Part shown: in pieces, positions 1-13,324 of the stretch
Layout: every line of letters starts with the position of its first letter
Numbering within the stretch: position 1 is the first letter of the stretch
Translations under genes and position numbers: made by a program
The notes under the pieces: generated by a model
The model's input: the letters and a program-made list of their open reading frames with translations, nothing else
The model's database searches: none
What the model was told of the DNA's origin: nothing
NCBI GenBank assembly: GCA_002104905.1
Contig: MCFE01000074.1
Location: 121,106-185,105, forward strand
From: Basidiobolus meristosporus CBS 931.73
Taxonomy: Eukaryota; Fungi; Basidiobolomycota
Reading direction: 5' to 3'
DNA length: 64,000 bases

Positions 1-2326
1 GGTGGAGAATATACCTCAAAACTCTTCATCCACTTCTGCAAAATTCATGGGATGAAGCAAGAGACTACTGTACCATACTCCCTACAGCAAAATGAAGTAG
101 CCCTACATGCAAACAGATCAGTAACAGATGTAGCAAGATCTATGATCCATGATCAAAAAATATCCTAAAATTTTTAGGCAGAATCAGCTGCCACTGCTGT
201 ATACCTTAAAAATAGGAGTTATAACAGAGCACCTTGTGATTCTACTCCATTTGAAGCATGGAATAGGTACAGACCAAGTGCAGAACAGCTAAGAATATTT
301 GGGTATACAGCATATGCCAAGAAACTGCCGGCAAATCAGTCAAAATTTGAGCCAAAAAGTGTAAAATGCATATTCTTGAGCTACTGCAATGAGTGTAAGG
401 CATACAGACTCTACAATACCAATATAAAGAAGGTAATCAAGTCCAGGGATGGGTTGCTTGATGAAAATGCAAAATTTTCACAAAACACCGCATCAGATGA
501 TGATGAAAATTTGATCTTAACTCAACCAATGGTCAGGATTAAATCAGAGCAAAGCAATGAAAACATTTTCTCTCCAGAGGACTCTACAACCGTAGTTCAC
601 CCTGAAGCAGTGCCCAGGAATATCCCAGAAGTGATCATTCCAGTATCATATGTCTGGATATCCCATTGGACAAGAAATAGCCCAAATTACTATATCAATG
701 TGGGTAAAAAGCTAGTCTATGCCTATTCAGTCCATATTGATGAGCCCCAGACTGTAAAAAAGGCCCTAATTAGCCCTCAGACAAAGTTTTGGAGACTTGC
801 AATGACTGAGGAATATCAGGCCCTGATGGAAAATCAAACTTGGGACATGGTCAAATAACCAATCAACCAACAATCAATTGGATGCAGATGGGTCTTCAAG
901 ATAAAATACAAGGCTGATGGTACAACTAAAAGATACAATGCCAGACTTATGGCCAAAGGATACTCTCAAACAAAAGGACTTAACTATACTGAGACCTTTG
1001 CACCTGTAGCCAAGTTTAACTCCATCAGATTAATATTTGCTATTGCCGCCTAATATAAGTTATTTATTCATCAAATGGATGTAAAAACTGCATTTTTGAA
1101 TGGAGAACTTGATGAGGATGTGTATATGGACCAGCCTGATGGGCTTGCTGACCAAGATAGGCCTCATTTGGTCTGCAAGCTTAAAATGTCTCCATATGGT
1201 CTCAAACAATCACTAAGAGCCTGGAATTGCATGATATATTCTTATTTGGAATCTCTGAGTTTCAAAAGGGGTAATGCTAACTATAGTACATACTATAAGC
1301 CAGATAGAGCAAGTCCAGCTTGATTAGCTTCATATGTGGATGATCTTATTATAGCCACCAATAACCTAGCAACATTGGAAGAGATTAAATCCAGCCTATC
1401 TAAGGAGTTCAAGATGTCCAATCTAGGAGAATTCAGTTATTACTTAGGGTTTAAGTCCTCCATAGACAGAAGTACCCAGACTATAGCCCCAAGCCAGTCC
1501 AAGTATATTCAAGATATACTAAAGAAGTACCAAATGGAAGACTGTAAACTGGCAGCTACCCTAATGGAGACAAACCTTTACTTGGTCTAAGCTCAACCAA
1601 ATCAAGAGAGCCTGGTCCCATCTGAAAGCCTTGACTTTTCTTATCAATCTATGGTCAGCAGTCTGATGTATATCATGCTTGGAACACATCCAGATATCTC
1701 ACATTCAGTAGGAGTTGCCAGCCCACATAATCACAACTATAGATCTGATCATATTGCAGTAGTTAAGTGGAATTTTAGATACTTAAAAGGAGCTGCTGAT
1801 ATGTGTTTAAGATACATTTATAAGGATTTAGAACAGGATCTTGTGGGATACTCTGATGCTGATTGGGGACATAATTTGGAAGACAGAAGATCCACCACAG
1901 GATACACCATTCTTTACTGTAAAGGAGCATTTTCATGGAATTTACAAAAGCAACCAACTGTGGCACTTTCCACCACAGAGGCAGAGTATATGGCAGCCTG
2001 TGATGCTACAAAAGAAGCAATGTGGCTAAGAAAGCTTTTTACAGATTTAGGTCTATGTCAAAAAATGACTATTACATTATTTCAAGATAATCAAGGATGT
2101 ATACAATTAAGTAGAAATCCAACTTTTCATGCCAGAACTACACACATAGATATTAGACATCATCTCATATCTAAAGCTATAGAGAATAACTTAGTTAGCT
2201 TAGTTTACTGTCCTTCAGATGAAATGATTGCAGACATATTTACCAAACCATTAGCTAGGTGACAAGTTTGAATATCTTAGGTCAAAAATTAGGACTAGTC
2301 AGTATGAACATTTAGCTGGGTGGTAG
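1..2326 (+). mobile_element. Degenerate Ty1/copia internal region, copy 1 (integrase C-terminus, RT, RNase H; left-truncated by the window)
   Basis: Fragmented ORFs with copia motifs: [16 protein letters not shown], x[33 protein letters not shown]. Many stops and frameshifts. Confidence 0.95.
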
Positions 2327-2675
2327 TGTTTTAAAAAACTTTAATTCCACCTAAATATTTACCTAGCTTAGTCACTTAGAAAATTACCTTCAAGTCCTAG
2401 AGAATACTGAGAGAATTCCTTGTTGGGATTTACTAAGAATATTATCACCAAAATACCAGGTACCTAGAGCATGAAAAATCTCAAAGTTGTCCAAACAGCC
2501 CCAAACTTTTCACACATGTTCTTGGGATCTTCCTTAATCTATTCTATTCTTTTGCTATGCCAAGATCATGTAAAAGTATTAATAATACTTTTACATTCAA
2601 TAGATCATTAAGTGAAAACCACGTAATCTACTTGTCCTCCTAATCACATTCAATATCTCCAAGACTCTTACAGCA
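2327..2675 (+). repeat. Copia LTR shared between copies 1 and 2
   Basis: ~349 bp, TG...CA, aligns by eye with the LTRs at 6995-7342 and 54772-55119. Followed directly by gag sequence, so the PBS is deleted. Confidence 0.85.
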
Positions 2676-5600
2676 ATAACTACCAAGTGTGGAAAGTGAA
2701 GATGAAGATGCTGCTACAAGAAAGAGGTTGTTGGGATATTGTCATGGGAGAAGAAGGCTCTCCTAAAAATGAGGGAGAGGAAGCCCTAAAGTACCATTAA
2801 TTCCTCTTTTGTTAATATCAGAGACAAGTTGCTCATTCAATGCCCAAGAGCAAAAACAGCAAAGAATGCCTGGAAGGCATTAGAAGACACATACTGGTCA
2901 TGCTCAGCTGCCAAGAAAATGTGACTTAGGCAAAAAATTCTAACCACAAAGATGCTGCCAGGAGAAGAAAGAAAATCTAATCAACAGAGTTACCCCGCTG
3001 GTTGATGTGATGGAATCTGTGGGAGTACCAGCCACTGATGAAGATGTAATAGTAATTTTCCTGAATAATCTGACAGAAAAGCTTCAGGGCCTTGTATCAG
3101 CCCTAGAGTCCAGAACTAAATATTTGACCTCAAATTAAATATATGGTAGGCTCCTGGATGGAGAATTACAAATATCATGCCCCAGCACAAAGGAAGGGGA
3201 AAATGCATTGGTAAGCAATGATTACCAACAAAGAAGATATCCAGGACCGTTTAAAGGCAGTACCAATTTGTTTTGCAACTACTACAAAAGGAGAGGACAC
3301 ACATCAGACCAGTGCTTCAAAAAGAGAAACAGTCAGCAGAAAATGCCTGAATATGGAAATGCTGCAACAACTGAACATATACTACTCATATCTGCACTAA
3401 ATATGACCACATACAAGGAATCTCAGGCATAGTATATTGACTCTGGAGCATCTCAACACTTTACATACCAAATAGGACTTTTTACCTAATATCAAGAAAT
3501 TTCAATAAAGAAGGTTTTCATGGGTGACAATAGAACACTTGATGCAGTGTGAGAAGAAACTATCCAAGTAAAACTTAGAAGCAGTGCGGGAAGCCATACA
3601 CTGACCTTTAAATGAGTACTCTATGTACCAGAAATAGCCAAGAACCTACTATCTGTAAGCAAGGCCACAGCAGAAGGACTCAGTTTCAGTTTTGACAATT
3701 CTGGATGCAGGATCACTGATCAAATGGTGCCCATATTGCTCTGGGCATCAGAGATCAGAATTTATGCAAGTTGACTTATATTCTACCATATCTGGAAGCC
3801 AACATAAGTAACTTAAATGAAGAAACACCAATACTTTGGCACAGGAGATATGGGCTCATCAATTTTGACTATTTGCACAAATGATGAAAGATTGGCTAAT
3901 TTCTGGAGTAAAAACTGATCCCCCAGCTATTTTGCAGCACTGTGAAGTCTGCATATATGGGAAAAAAGCCAGACAACCATTCAAGAGCTCTGGGTTAATC
4001 AAAATTGGAAAAAATCAGATTTAATTTACTCAGATCTGTGTTAACCTATGCAAAATTTGTCCTCAGGTGGGATGAAGTATTTAATCACTTTTATTAATGA
4101 TTATACAAGAAACGCATGGGTCTACTACATAGAGAGAAAGGAAGTAGCACTGTTTAAGCCCAGGGAGTTTGAAGCTGTGGCGTATAGAGAAACTGGTGAA
4201 AAGATCAAGAAAATACGCTCTGACAATGGTGGAGAATATCCCTCAAAACACTTCATCCACTCCTGCAAAATTCATGGGATAAAGCAAGAGACCACTGTAC
4301 CATACTTCCCACAGCAAAATGGAGTAGCCATACATGCAAGCAGATTAATAATGCATATGTCAAGATCTATGATCCATGATCAAAAATTATCCTATGATTT
4401 TTGACCAGAATCAGTTGCCACAGCTGTATACCTTAAGAATAGCAGTTATAGCAAAATACTTTGTGATTCTAAACCATTTGAAGCATGGTATGGGTACAGA
4501 CTAAGTGCAGAACATCTAAGAATATTTGGGTGTACAGTGTATGCCAAGAAACTGCCTGGATATCAGCCAAAATTTGAGCCATAAAGTGTAAAATGATTAT
4601 TTTTGGGCTACTGCCATGAGGGTAAAGCATACAGACTCTACAATACCAATGTAAAGAAGGTAATCAAGCTCAGGGATGTGTTGTTTGATGAAAATTCAAA
4701 ATTTTCACAAAAAATGCCATCAGATGATGACAAATTCTGATCACATGCCCACTAATTGGCAGGATTGAGTCAGAGCAAAACATCAGAATTTTTCACTCCA
4801 GAGAACTCTACAACTGTGGTTTAGTCTGAATCAGTGCTTGGGAATATCCCAGAAGTGATAATTCCAGTATCTTATGCCCAGAGATCCCACTGGACAAGAA
4901 ATAGCCCAAATTACTATATCAATAATGGTACAAACTTAGTCTATGCAAATTCAGTCCATATTGATGAGCCCTAGACTGTAAAAGAGGCCCTAAATAGCCC
5001 TCAGACAAGGTTTTGGAGACCTGCAATGACTGAGGAATATCAGGCCCTGATGGAAAATCAAACTTGGGACATGGTCAAATAACCAATCAACCAAAAATAA
5101 TTGGATGCAGATGGGTTTTCAAGACAAAATACAACGCTGATGGTACAAATGAAAGATACAAAGCTAGACTTGTGCCAAAAGGATACTCTCAAACAAAAGG
5201 ACTGGACTATACCAAGACCTTTGCACCTGTAGCCCAGTTTAACTCCATCAGATCAATATTGGCTATTGCAGCCCAATATAAGTTTTTTATTCATCAAATG
5301 GATGTAAAAACTGCATTTCTGAATGAAGAACTTGATGAGGTTGTGTATATGAACCAACCTGATGGGTTTGCTGACCAAGATAACCCCCATTTGGTCTGCA
5401 AGCTCAAAAAATCTCTATATGGTCTCAAACAATCACCAAGAGCCTGGAATTGCAACTTAGATTCTTATTTGGAGTCTTTGAGTTTCAAAAGGAGTAATGC
5501 TGAATATAGTATTTACTATAAGCCAGATAGAGCAAATCCAGCTCTATTAGCTCTATATGCGGATGATCTTATTATAGCCACCAATAACCTAGCAACATTG

Positions 5601-6546
5601 GAAGAGACTAAATCCAGCCTATCTAAGGAGCTCAAGATGTTCAATCTGGGAGAACTCAGTTACTACTTAGGGATTAAGTTCTCCATAGACAGAAGTACAC
5701 AGACTATCATCCTAAGACAATCCAAGTATTTTCAAGGAATACTAAAGAAGTACCAAATGAAAGACTGTAAACCAGCAGCTACCCCAATGGACACAAACCA
5801 TAACTTGGTCAAAACTCAACCAAACCAAGAGAGCTTGGTGCCATCTGAAAGCCCTGATCTTCCTTATCAATATATGGTCAGCAGTCAGATGTATATCAGG
5901 CTTGGAACATGTCTAGATATCTCACATTGAGTTGGAGTTGTCAGCCAGCATAAGCAGAACTGTGGATATGATTATATTGCAGCAGTTGAGCAGATTTTTA
6001 GATACCTAAAAGGAGCTGCTAATATCTGCTTAAGATGCACTAATAAGGATTTAGAGCAGGATTTTGTGGGATACTCTGATGCTGATTGGGGACAAAATTT
6101 GGAAGATAGATGATCCACCACAGGAAACATCTTTCTTTACTGTAAAGGAGCAATTTCATGGAACTCAAGAAACCAACCAACCATAGAACTTTCTACCACA
6201 GAGGCAGAGTATATGACTGCCTGTGAAGCTACAAAAGAAGCACTGTGGTTAAGAAAGCTTTTTACAGATTTAGGCCTAGATCAAAAAATGCCTATTACAT
6301 TATTTCAAGATGATCAAGGATGTATACAATTAGGTAGAAATCCAGCTTTTGATGCTACAGCTAAGTACATAGATATTAGACATCATTTCACATGTGAAGC
6401 TATAGAGAATATGTAGTTAACTTAGTTTACTGTCCTTCAGATGAAATGATTGCAGACATATTTACCAAACCATTTGCTAGAGACAAGTTTGAATATCTTA
6501 GGTCAAAATTAGGACTAGTCAGTATGAACATTTAGTGGTGTGGGAG
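2676..6546 (+). mobile_element. Degenerate Ty1/copia internal region, copy 2 (gag-PR-IN-RT-RH)
   Basis: Colinear with 7343-11325: CCHC knuckle remnant, IDSGAS, SDNGGEY, RT ORF 5064-5930, RNase H fragment. Multiple stops. Confidence 0.95.
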
Positions 6547-6709
6547 TGCTGTAAAAATTTGTAAATCCACCTAAATATTTACCTAACTTGGTTGCTTAGA
6601 ACATTACCTTCAAATCACAGGGAATACTGGCCAAATTCCTTGTCAGGATTTACTTAGAATATTTTCACCAAAATACCAGGTACCCAGAACATGAAAATCT
6701 CAAAGTTAT
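6547..6709 (+). repeat. Truncated 3' LTR of copia copy 2
   Basis: Starts TGCTGTAAAAATTTG after a purine-rich tract and stops about 160 bp into the LTR. Confidence 0.85.
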
Positions 6710-6990
6710 TAGCATTATGGCAGGCTTATTGTGGGATCCTGTCAGCTGATCCAGATTGGATCTGCGCACAGGACCAAGTTATTTTTATAGGGATTTCCTA
6801 TTGAAGAATTTTCTGCTTCCTCATGTCAAAGCCTGATTTTTTCAATCATCATCCAGGAGTCTTTGATATACATAATTCAATGCCAAGTACTCAGCCTGGG
6901 ACTCTAGAGCTGATACAAGATCCTGAAAACTTTCTGTCAGACCACTCTGGAGGGTAACTATCACTTCTCCATGAGCTGTTTGCACTCTCA
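6710..6990 (-). mobile_element. Inverted fragment of a related copia gag (short copy)
   Basis: Near-identical to 11489-11770; the reverse complement aligns to gag around 7780-7900. Confidence 0.8.
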
Positions 6991-6994
6991 ATAA

Positions 6995-7342
6995 TGTTGT
7001 AAAAATTTGTATTTCCACCTAAATACTCACCTAACCTAGTCACTTAGATCATTACCTTCAAATCCTAGAGAATACTGACCAAATTCCTTGTTGGGATTTA
7101 CTTAGAATATTATCACCAAAATACCAGGTACCCAGAACATGATAATTCTCAAAGTTGTCCAAACAGCCCCAAACTTTGCACACATGTTCTTGGGACCTTC
7201 CTTAACCTATTCTATGTGTTTTTAATGCCAAGACCAGGTAAAAGTATAAACACTACTTTTACATTCAACAAATCATAAGTGAAAACCACATAATCTACTT
7301 GTCCTCCCAATCACTGCCAATATCTCCAAGACTCTTACAACA
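6995..7342 (+). repeat. Copia 5' LTR of copy 3
   Basis: 348 bp with TGTTGT...ACAACA termini, immediately followed by the PBS GGTTATGAGCC. Confidence 0.92.
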
Positions 7343-7353
7343 GGTTATGAGCC
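7343..7353 (+). promoter_or_regulatory. Primer-binding site, copia half-tRNA(iMet) type
   Basis: GGTTATGAGCC directly after the LTR; resembles the GGTTATGGGCCC PBS of Drosophila copia. Confidence 0.75.
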
Positions 7354-10300
7354 TCAAGCTGTCACTCTCTGCAATGTCTACTACTGCTATTACTGGAATT
7401 TTTCCCTCTGCTGAAAAGTTGGATGGCTCTAACTATCAAGTGTGGAAGGTGAAGATGAAGATGCTGCTACAAGAAAGAGGCCTCTGGGATATTGTCATGG
7501 GAGAAGAATGCCCTCCTAAAAATGTGGGAGAGGAAGCCTTAAAGTACCAGAAGAAAGAACAAAGTGCCTTTAACTGCATTTGCCTTAATGTCAAGGACAA
7601 ATTGCTAATTCAATGTTCAAGAGCAAAAACGGCAAAGAATGCCTGGAAAGAATTGAAAGACACCTACCAGTCATGTTCAGCTGCCAAGAAAATGTATCTG
7701 AGACAAAATTTCTTTACTACAAAGATGCTGCCAGGAGAACAAATGAAAAATCTAATTAACAGAATTACCCTGCTGGTAGATGAGATGGAATCTGTGGGTG
7801 TACCAACTACTGATGAGGATGTGATAGTTACCATCCTGAATAGCCTGACAGACGAGTTTCAGGGCCTTGTATCAGCCCTAGAGTCCAGAACTGAAGATTT
7901 GACCTTAAATTACGTATATGGAAGGCTCCTGGATGAACAATTAAGAAAATCAAGCGCCAATAAGAAGGAAGAAGAAAATGCTTTATTAAGCAATGATAAC
8001 CAACAAAGGAGGTACCCAAGACCCTACAAAGGCAACAGCAACCTATTTTGCAACTACTGCAAAAGGAAAGGACACACATCAGACCGGTGTCTCAACAAGA
8101 AAGATAAACAGCAAAAGAAGCCTGAATATGGAAATGCTGCAACAACTGAAGATAGACTATTCATATCTGCACTAAATATGACCACAAACAAGGATTCTCA
8201 GACGTGGTATATTGACTCTGGAGCTTCTCAACACTTTACACACCAAAAAGAACTTTTTACCCAATATCAAGAAATTCCAATTAAGAAGGTTTTCATGGGT
8301 GACAATAGAACACTTGATGCAGTGGGAGAAGGAACTATCCAAGTAAACCTTAGAAGCAGTGAAGGAAGCCATACACTGACCTTTAAATGAGTACTCTATG
8401 TACCAGAAATAGCCAAGAACCTACTCTCTGTAAGCAAGGCCACAGCAGAAGGACTCAGTTTCAGTTTTGACAATTCTGGATGCAGGATCACTGATCAAAA
8501 TGGTGCCCATATTGCTTTGGGCATCAGAGTTCAGAATCTATACAAGTTGACTTATATTCCATCATACTTGGAAGCCAATATAAGTAACTTAAATGAAGAA
8601 ACACCAATGCTTTGGCACAGGAGATTTGGACACATCAATTTTGATTCTTTGCGTAAAATGATCAAAGATCAGCTAATTTCTGGAGTGAAAATTGATCCCC
8701 TGCTAATTTGGAGCACTGTGAAGCCTGCATATATGGGAAACAAGCCAGACAACCGTTCAAGAGCTCTGGGTTAATTAAAACTAAGAAAAATTAGATCTAA
8801 TTCACTCAGATCTGTGTGGACCTATGCAAAATTTATCCTTAGGCGGGATGAAGTATTTAATCACTTTTATTGATGATTACACAAGATACACATGGGTCTA
8901 CTTCATGGAGAGAAAGGAGAAGGCTCTGTCTAAGCTCAGGGAGTTTAAAGCCATGGTGGAGAGAGAAACTGGTGAAAAAATCAAGAAAATATGCTCTGAC
9001 AATGGTGGAGAATATAGCTCAAAACGCTTCATCCACTTCTGCAAAATTCATGGGATAAAGCAAGAGACTACTGTACCATACTCCCCACAGCAAAATGGAG
9101 TAGCAGAACAAGCTAACAGATCAATAATTGATATGGCAAGATCTATGATCCATGATCAAAGATTATCCTATGATTTTTGGGTGGAATCAGTTGCCACTGC
9201 TGTATATCTTAAAAATAGGAGTTATAACAGAATACTTTGTGATTCTACTCCATTTGAAGCATGGTATGGATACAGACCAAGTGCAGAACATCTAAGAATA
9301 TTTGGGTGCACAGCATATGCCAAAAAACTGGCCGGAAATCAGTCAAAATTTGAGCCAAAAAGTGTAAAATGCATATTTTTGGGCTACTGCAATGAGAGTA
9401 AGGCATACAGACTCTACAATACCAAAGCAAAGAAGCTGATCAAGTCCAGGGATGTGTTGTTTGATGAAAATTCAAAATTTTCACAAAAAATGACATCAGA
9501 TGATGACAAAAATTTGATCTCAAGTCCACCAATTGTCAGGATTGAATCAGAGCAAAACAATGAAAATTTTTTCACTCCAGAGGACTCTACAACTGTGGTT
9601 CATCCAGAATCAGTGCCCAGGAATATCCCAGAAGTGATCATTCCAGTATCAAATGCCTGGAGATCCAATCAGACAAGAAATAGCCCAAATTACTATATCA
9701 ATGAGGGTACAAACTTAGCCTATGCCTATTCAGTCCATATTGATGAACCCCAGACTGTAAAAGAGGCCCTAAATAGCCCTCAGACAAAGTTTTGGAGATC
9801 TGCAATGAGTGAGGAATATCAGGCCCTGATGGAAAATCAAACTTGGGACATGGTCAAATAACCAATCAACCAAAAATAATTAGATGCAGATGGGTCTTCA
9901 AGACAAAATACGAGGCTGATGGTACAATTGAAAGATACAAAGCAAGACTTGTAGCCAAAGGATACTCTCAAACAAAAGGACTTGACTATACTGAGACCTT
10001 AGCACCAGTAGCCAAGTTTAACTCCATCAGATTAATATTGGCTACTGCAGCCCAATATAAGTTTTTTATTCATCAAATGGATGTAAAAACTGCATTTTTG
10101 AATGGAGAACTTGATGAGGACGTGTATATGGACCAGCCTGATGGGTTTGTTGACCAAGATAACCCCCATTTGGTCTGCAAGCTTAAAAAGTCACTATATG
10201 GTCTCAAACAATCACCAAGAGCCTGGAATTGCAAGATAGATTCTTATTTGAAATCTTTGAGTTTCAAAAGAAGTAATGCTGACTATAGTATATACTATAA

Positions 10301-11325
10301 GCCAGATAGAGCAAATCCAGTTCTATTAGCTCTATATGTGGATGATCTTATTATAGCCACCAATAACCTAGAAACATTGGAAGAAACTAAATCCAGCCTA
10401 TCTAAGGAGTTCAAGATGTCTGATCTAGGAGAACTTAGTTACTACTTAGGGATTAAGTTCTCCATAGACAGAAGTACCCAGACTATTACCCTAAGCCAAT
10501 CCAAGTATATTCAAGATATACTAAAGAAGTACAAAACGGAAGACTGTAAACCGGCAGCTACCCCAATAGAGACAAACCTTAACTTGGTCAAAACTCAACC
10601 AAATCAAGCAAGCTTGGTGCCATCTAAAAGCCCTGACTTTCCTTATCAATCTATGGCCGGCAGTCTGATGTATATTATGCTTGGAACATGTCCAGATATC
10701 TCATATTCAGTGGGAGTTGTCAGCCAACATAATCAGAACTATGGATCTGATCATATTGCAGCAGTTAAGCAGATTTTTAGATACCTAAAAGGAACTGCTG
10801 ATAATTGCTTAAGATACACTTATAAGGACTCAGAACAAGATCTTGTGGGATACTCTGATGCAGATTGAGGATGAAATTTAGAAGACAGAAGATCCACCAC
10901 AGGATACACCTTTCTTTACTGTAAAGGAGCAATTTCATGGAATTCAAGAAAGCAACCAACTGTAGCACTCTCTACCACAGAGGCAGAGTATATGGCAGCC
11001 TGAGAAGCTACAAAAGAAACAATGTGGTTAAGAAAGCTTTTTACAGATTTAGGCCTATGTCAAAAAACGCCTATTACTTTGTTTCAAGATGATCAAGGAT
11101 GTATACAATTAGGTAGAAATCCAGCTTTTGATGCTACAACTAAGTATATAGATATTAGACATCATTTCACATGTGAAGCTATGGAGAATATGTAGTTAAT
11201 TTAGTTTACTGTCCTTCAGATGAAATGATTGCAGACATATTTACCAAACCATTTGCTAGAGACAAGTTTGAATATCTTAGGTCAAAATTAGGACTAGTCA
11301 GTATGAACATTTAGTGGTGTGGGAG
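7343..11325 (+). mobile_element. Ty1/copia internal region, copy 3 (best preserved, still broken)
   Basis: gag with CNYCKRKGHTSDRC knuckle, protease WYIDSGAS, GAG-pre-integrase WHRRFGH, integrase IDDYTRY/SDNGGEY/NGVAEQANR, RT YVDD, RNase H. Split across ORFs 7299-8390, 8517-8774, 8824-9861, 9843-10868. Confidence 0.97.
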
Positions 11326-11488
11326 TGCTGTAAAAATTTGTAAATCCACCTAAATATTTACCTTACTTAGTCACTTAGAACATTACCTTCAAATCACAGG
11401 GAATACTGGCCAAATTCCTTGTCAGGATTTACTTGGAATATTTTCACCAAAATACCAAGTACCCAGAACATGAAAATCTCAAAGTTGT
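11326..11488 (+). repeat. Truncated 3' LTR of copia copy 3
   Basis: Same truncation point and diagnostic variants as 6547-6709. Confidence 0.85.
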
Positions 11489-12120
11489 TAGCATTATGGC
11501 AGGCTTATTGTGGGATCCTGTCAGCTGATCCAGATTGGATCCACACACAGGACCAAGTTATTTTTCTAGGGACTTCCTATTGAAGAATTTTCTGCTTCCG
11601 CATGTCAAAGCCTGATTTTTTCAATCATCATCCAGGAGTGTTTGATATACATAATTCAATGCCAAGTACTCAGCCTGGGACTCTAGAGCTGATACAAGAT
11701 CCTGAAAACTTTCTGTCAGACCACTCAGGAGGGTAACTATCACTTTTTCATGAGCTGTTTGCACTCTCGACAATTCCATCTCATCAAAAAGCAGGGTGAT
11801 ATCTGTTTAACAAATTTATCTTTTCTTTGGCTAGGAGCATCTCTCTAGTAACATTTTTGTCCAAGATACATTTTCCTAGTATCTGCGCATGACTGATAAG
11901 AAACTCCTGATACCTTCCATGCACTCTTTGCAATCTTTGCTCAGGAGCATTGAATCAGCAATTTGTCTTTAACATTATGGCTAATACTGTTAAAGGTGCA
12001 TTGTTCTTGCTCCCAGTACATGGAAGCTACTTCTTCTACACCTTTAAGAGGGCCTTCTTCTACTAAATATCCAAAAGGTTTGAGTGAAGAATTTGTTATA
12101 GCTGATTGATTACCAGGAGT
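11489..12120 (-). mobile_element. Inverted fragment of a diverged copia gag (long copy)
   Basis: Minus-strand translation includes EQCTFNSISHNVKDKLLIQCS, matching EQSAFNCICLNVKDKLLIQCS in gag copy 3. Confidence 0.85.
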
Positions 12121-13324
12121 CTCAAAAAGACCCAAAATAGAGAGAATAGTAGAGTAGCCAAAATGATCCCGAACTTTGCATACCATTTGATCCGTCAAGG
12201 CCTACAAAAGCATCCGTGCCTAAGGCATTGATTCTTGTTGGAGCATTTATCCTATTTTGATATTGCTCTATTGGTGTCACCGCATATACCACGCTTGGTT
12301 TTTGCACAGAAAAACTAGGTACTTCGGCGCAGTAGGCCAACTAGTGATGATTATCACACCACCAAGTCCCAACTCCACTCCCAAAAGAACGCAGTGCAAT
12401 GATTTGCAAAGCACAACATGGGATCAAGCAGCCGGGAGAAATCATCGGAGCAGCATCTAAGTAAACCTCTTTGGAGTGGCGGTTTCATTGAATTCCAATG
12501 ATGTTTTGCGAGATGGATATAGAATATATGATTGAGTAGGTGACATAGCACCCAATCAACCACGTAGGGAACTTGGTACATATTGCCCTAAACAGAACCT
12601 CGCAACTTCTGTCCGATTTGTGTGGATTAGAAATCAAATGCACAGCGGTAATAAATGGGAACTGGTGTCGGCCCTTGCAAGTCATGTTCCCCTCGTCCAG
12701 TCAGCCGCCAATCTCATAGGAAACACATGAGATGGCCAGGGTGGCAGAATGGCAATTAATCAGGACTATTCTGGAGTGATCACAGCTAATATTGGCAGCG
12801 TCTAAGCGTCGGCTAGGAGAAGTGGTGCATCCCATCCTCGCTCCTTTCCAAACCAGGTGGCCGGGATGTAGATGGTGATTTTGAATGGGTGATGGACGTC
12901 CCTACGGACAGAAAGCTCCACTTGGAAAGGTAGGATGGCAAGTGGTCAATTAGGCGTTAGTTGGCCATCCCGCAGTGTTGATTGCAGCATCACCAACCAA
13001 GAGTGTCTAGGTCGGAACTACTGTGAGGTCATTCCATTACAAGCTTAATTGCCACTCAACGATTGGAACTTCTTTACCCGTTCGGGGATGAATTAGGGTG
13101 ATCACCTGATCCCCGCGCCCTAACTGGTCAGCTGACGACAAGCTAGGCTCACCCCGCATTCTCTAGACTTCCCGTGCATTTAGCCTTAAACCAAATCAAT
13201 TAGTTAGATTAAGGATTGCTCCGAGCAGCTCATGTGACTTGATGCTCAGTTACTGGTGCATCAAGCGGAGATAGGTATTTATACGAAGGATTGTTGGCCC
13301 CTACCTGCAATTAATTCTGACCTG

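Noticed and set aside
12130-13320. Possible membrane-protein remnant near 12230-12340
   Set aside because: A short hydrophobic stretch broken by stops; no family could be assigned.
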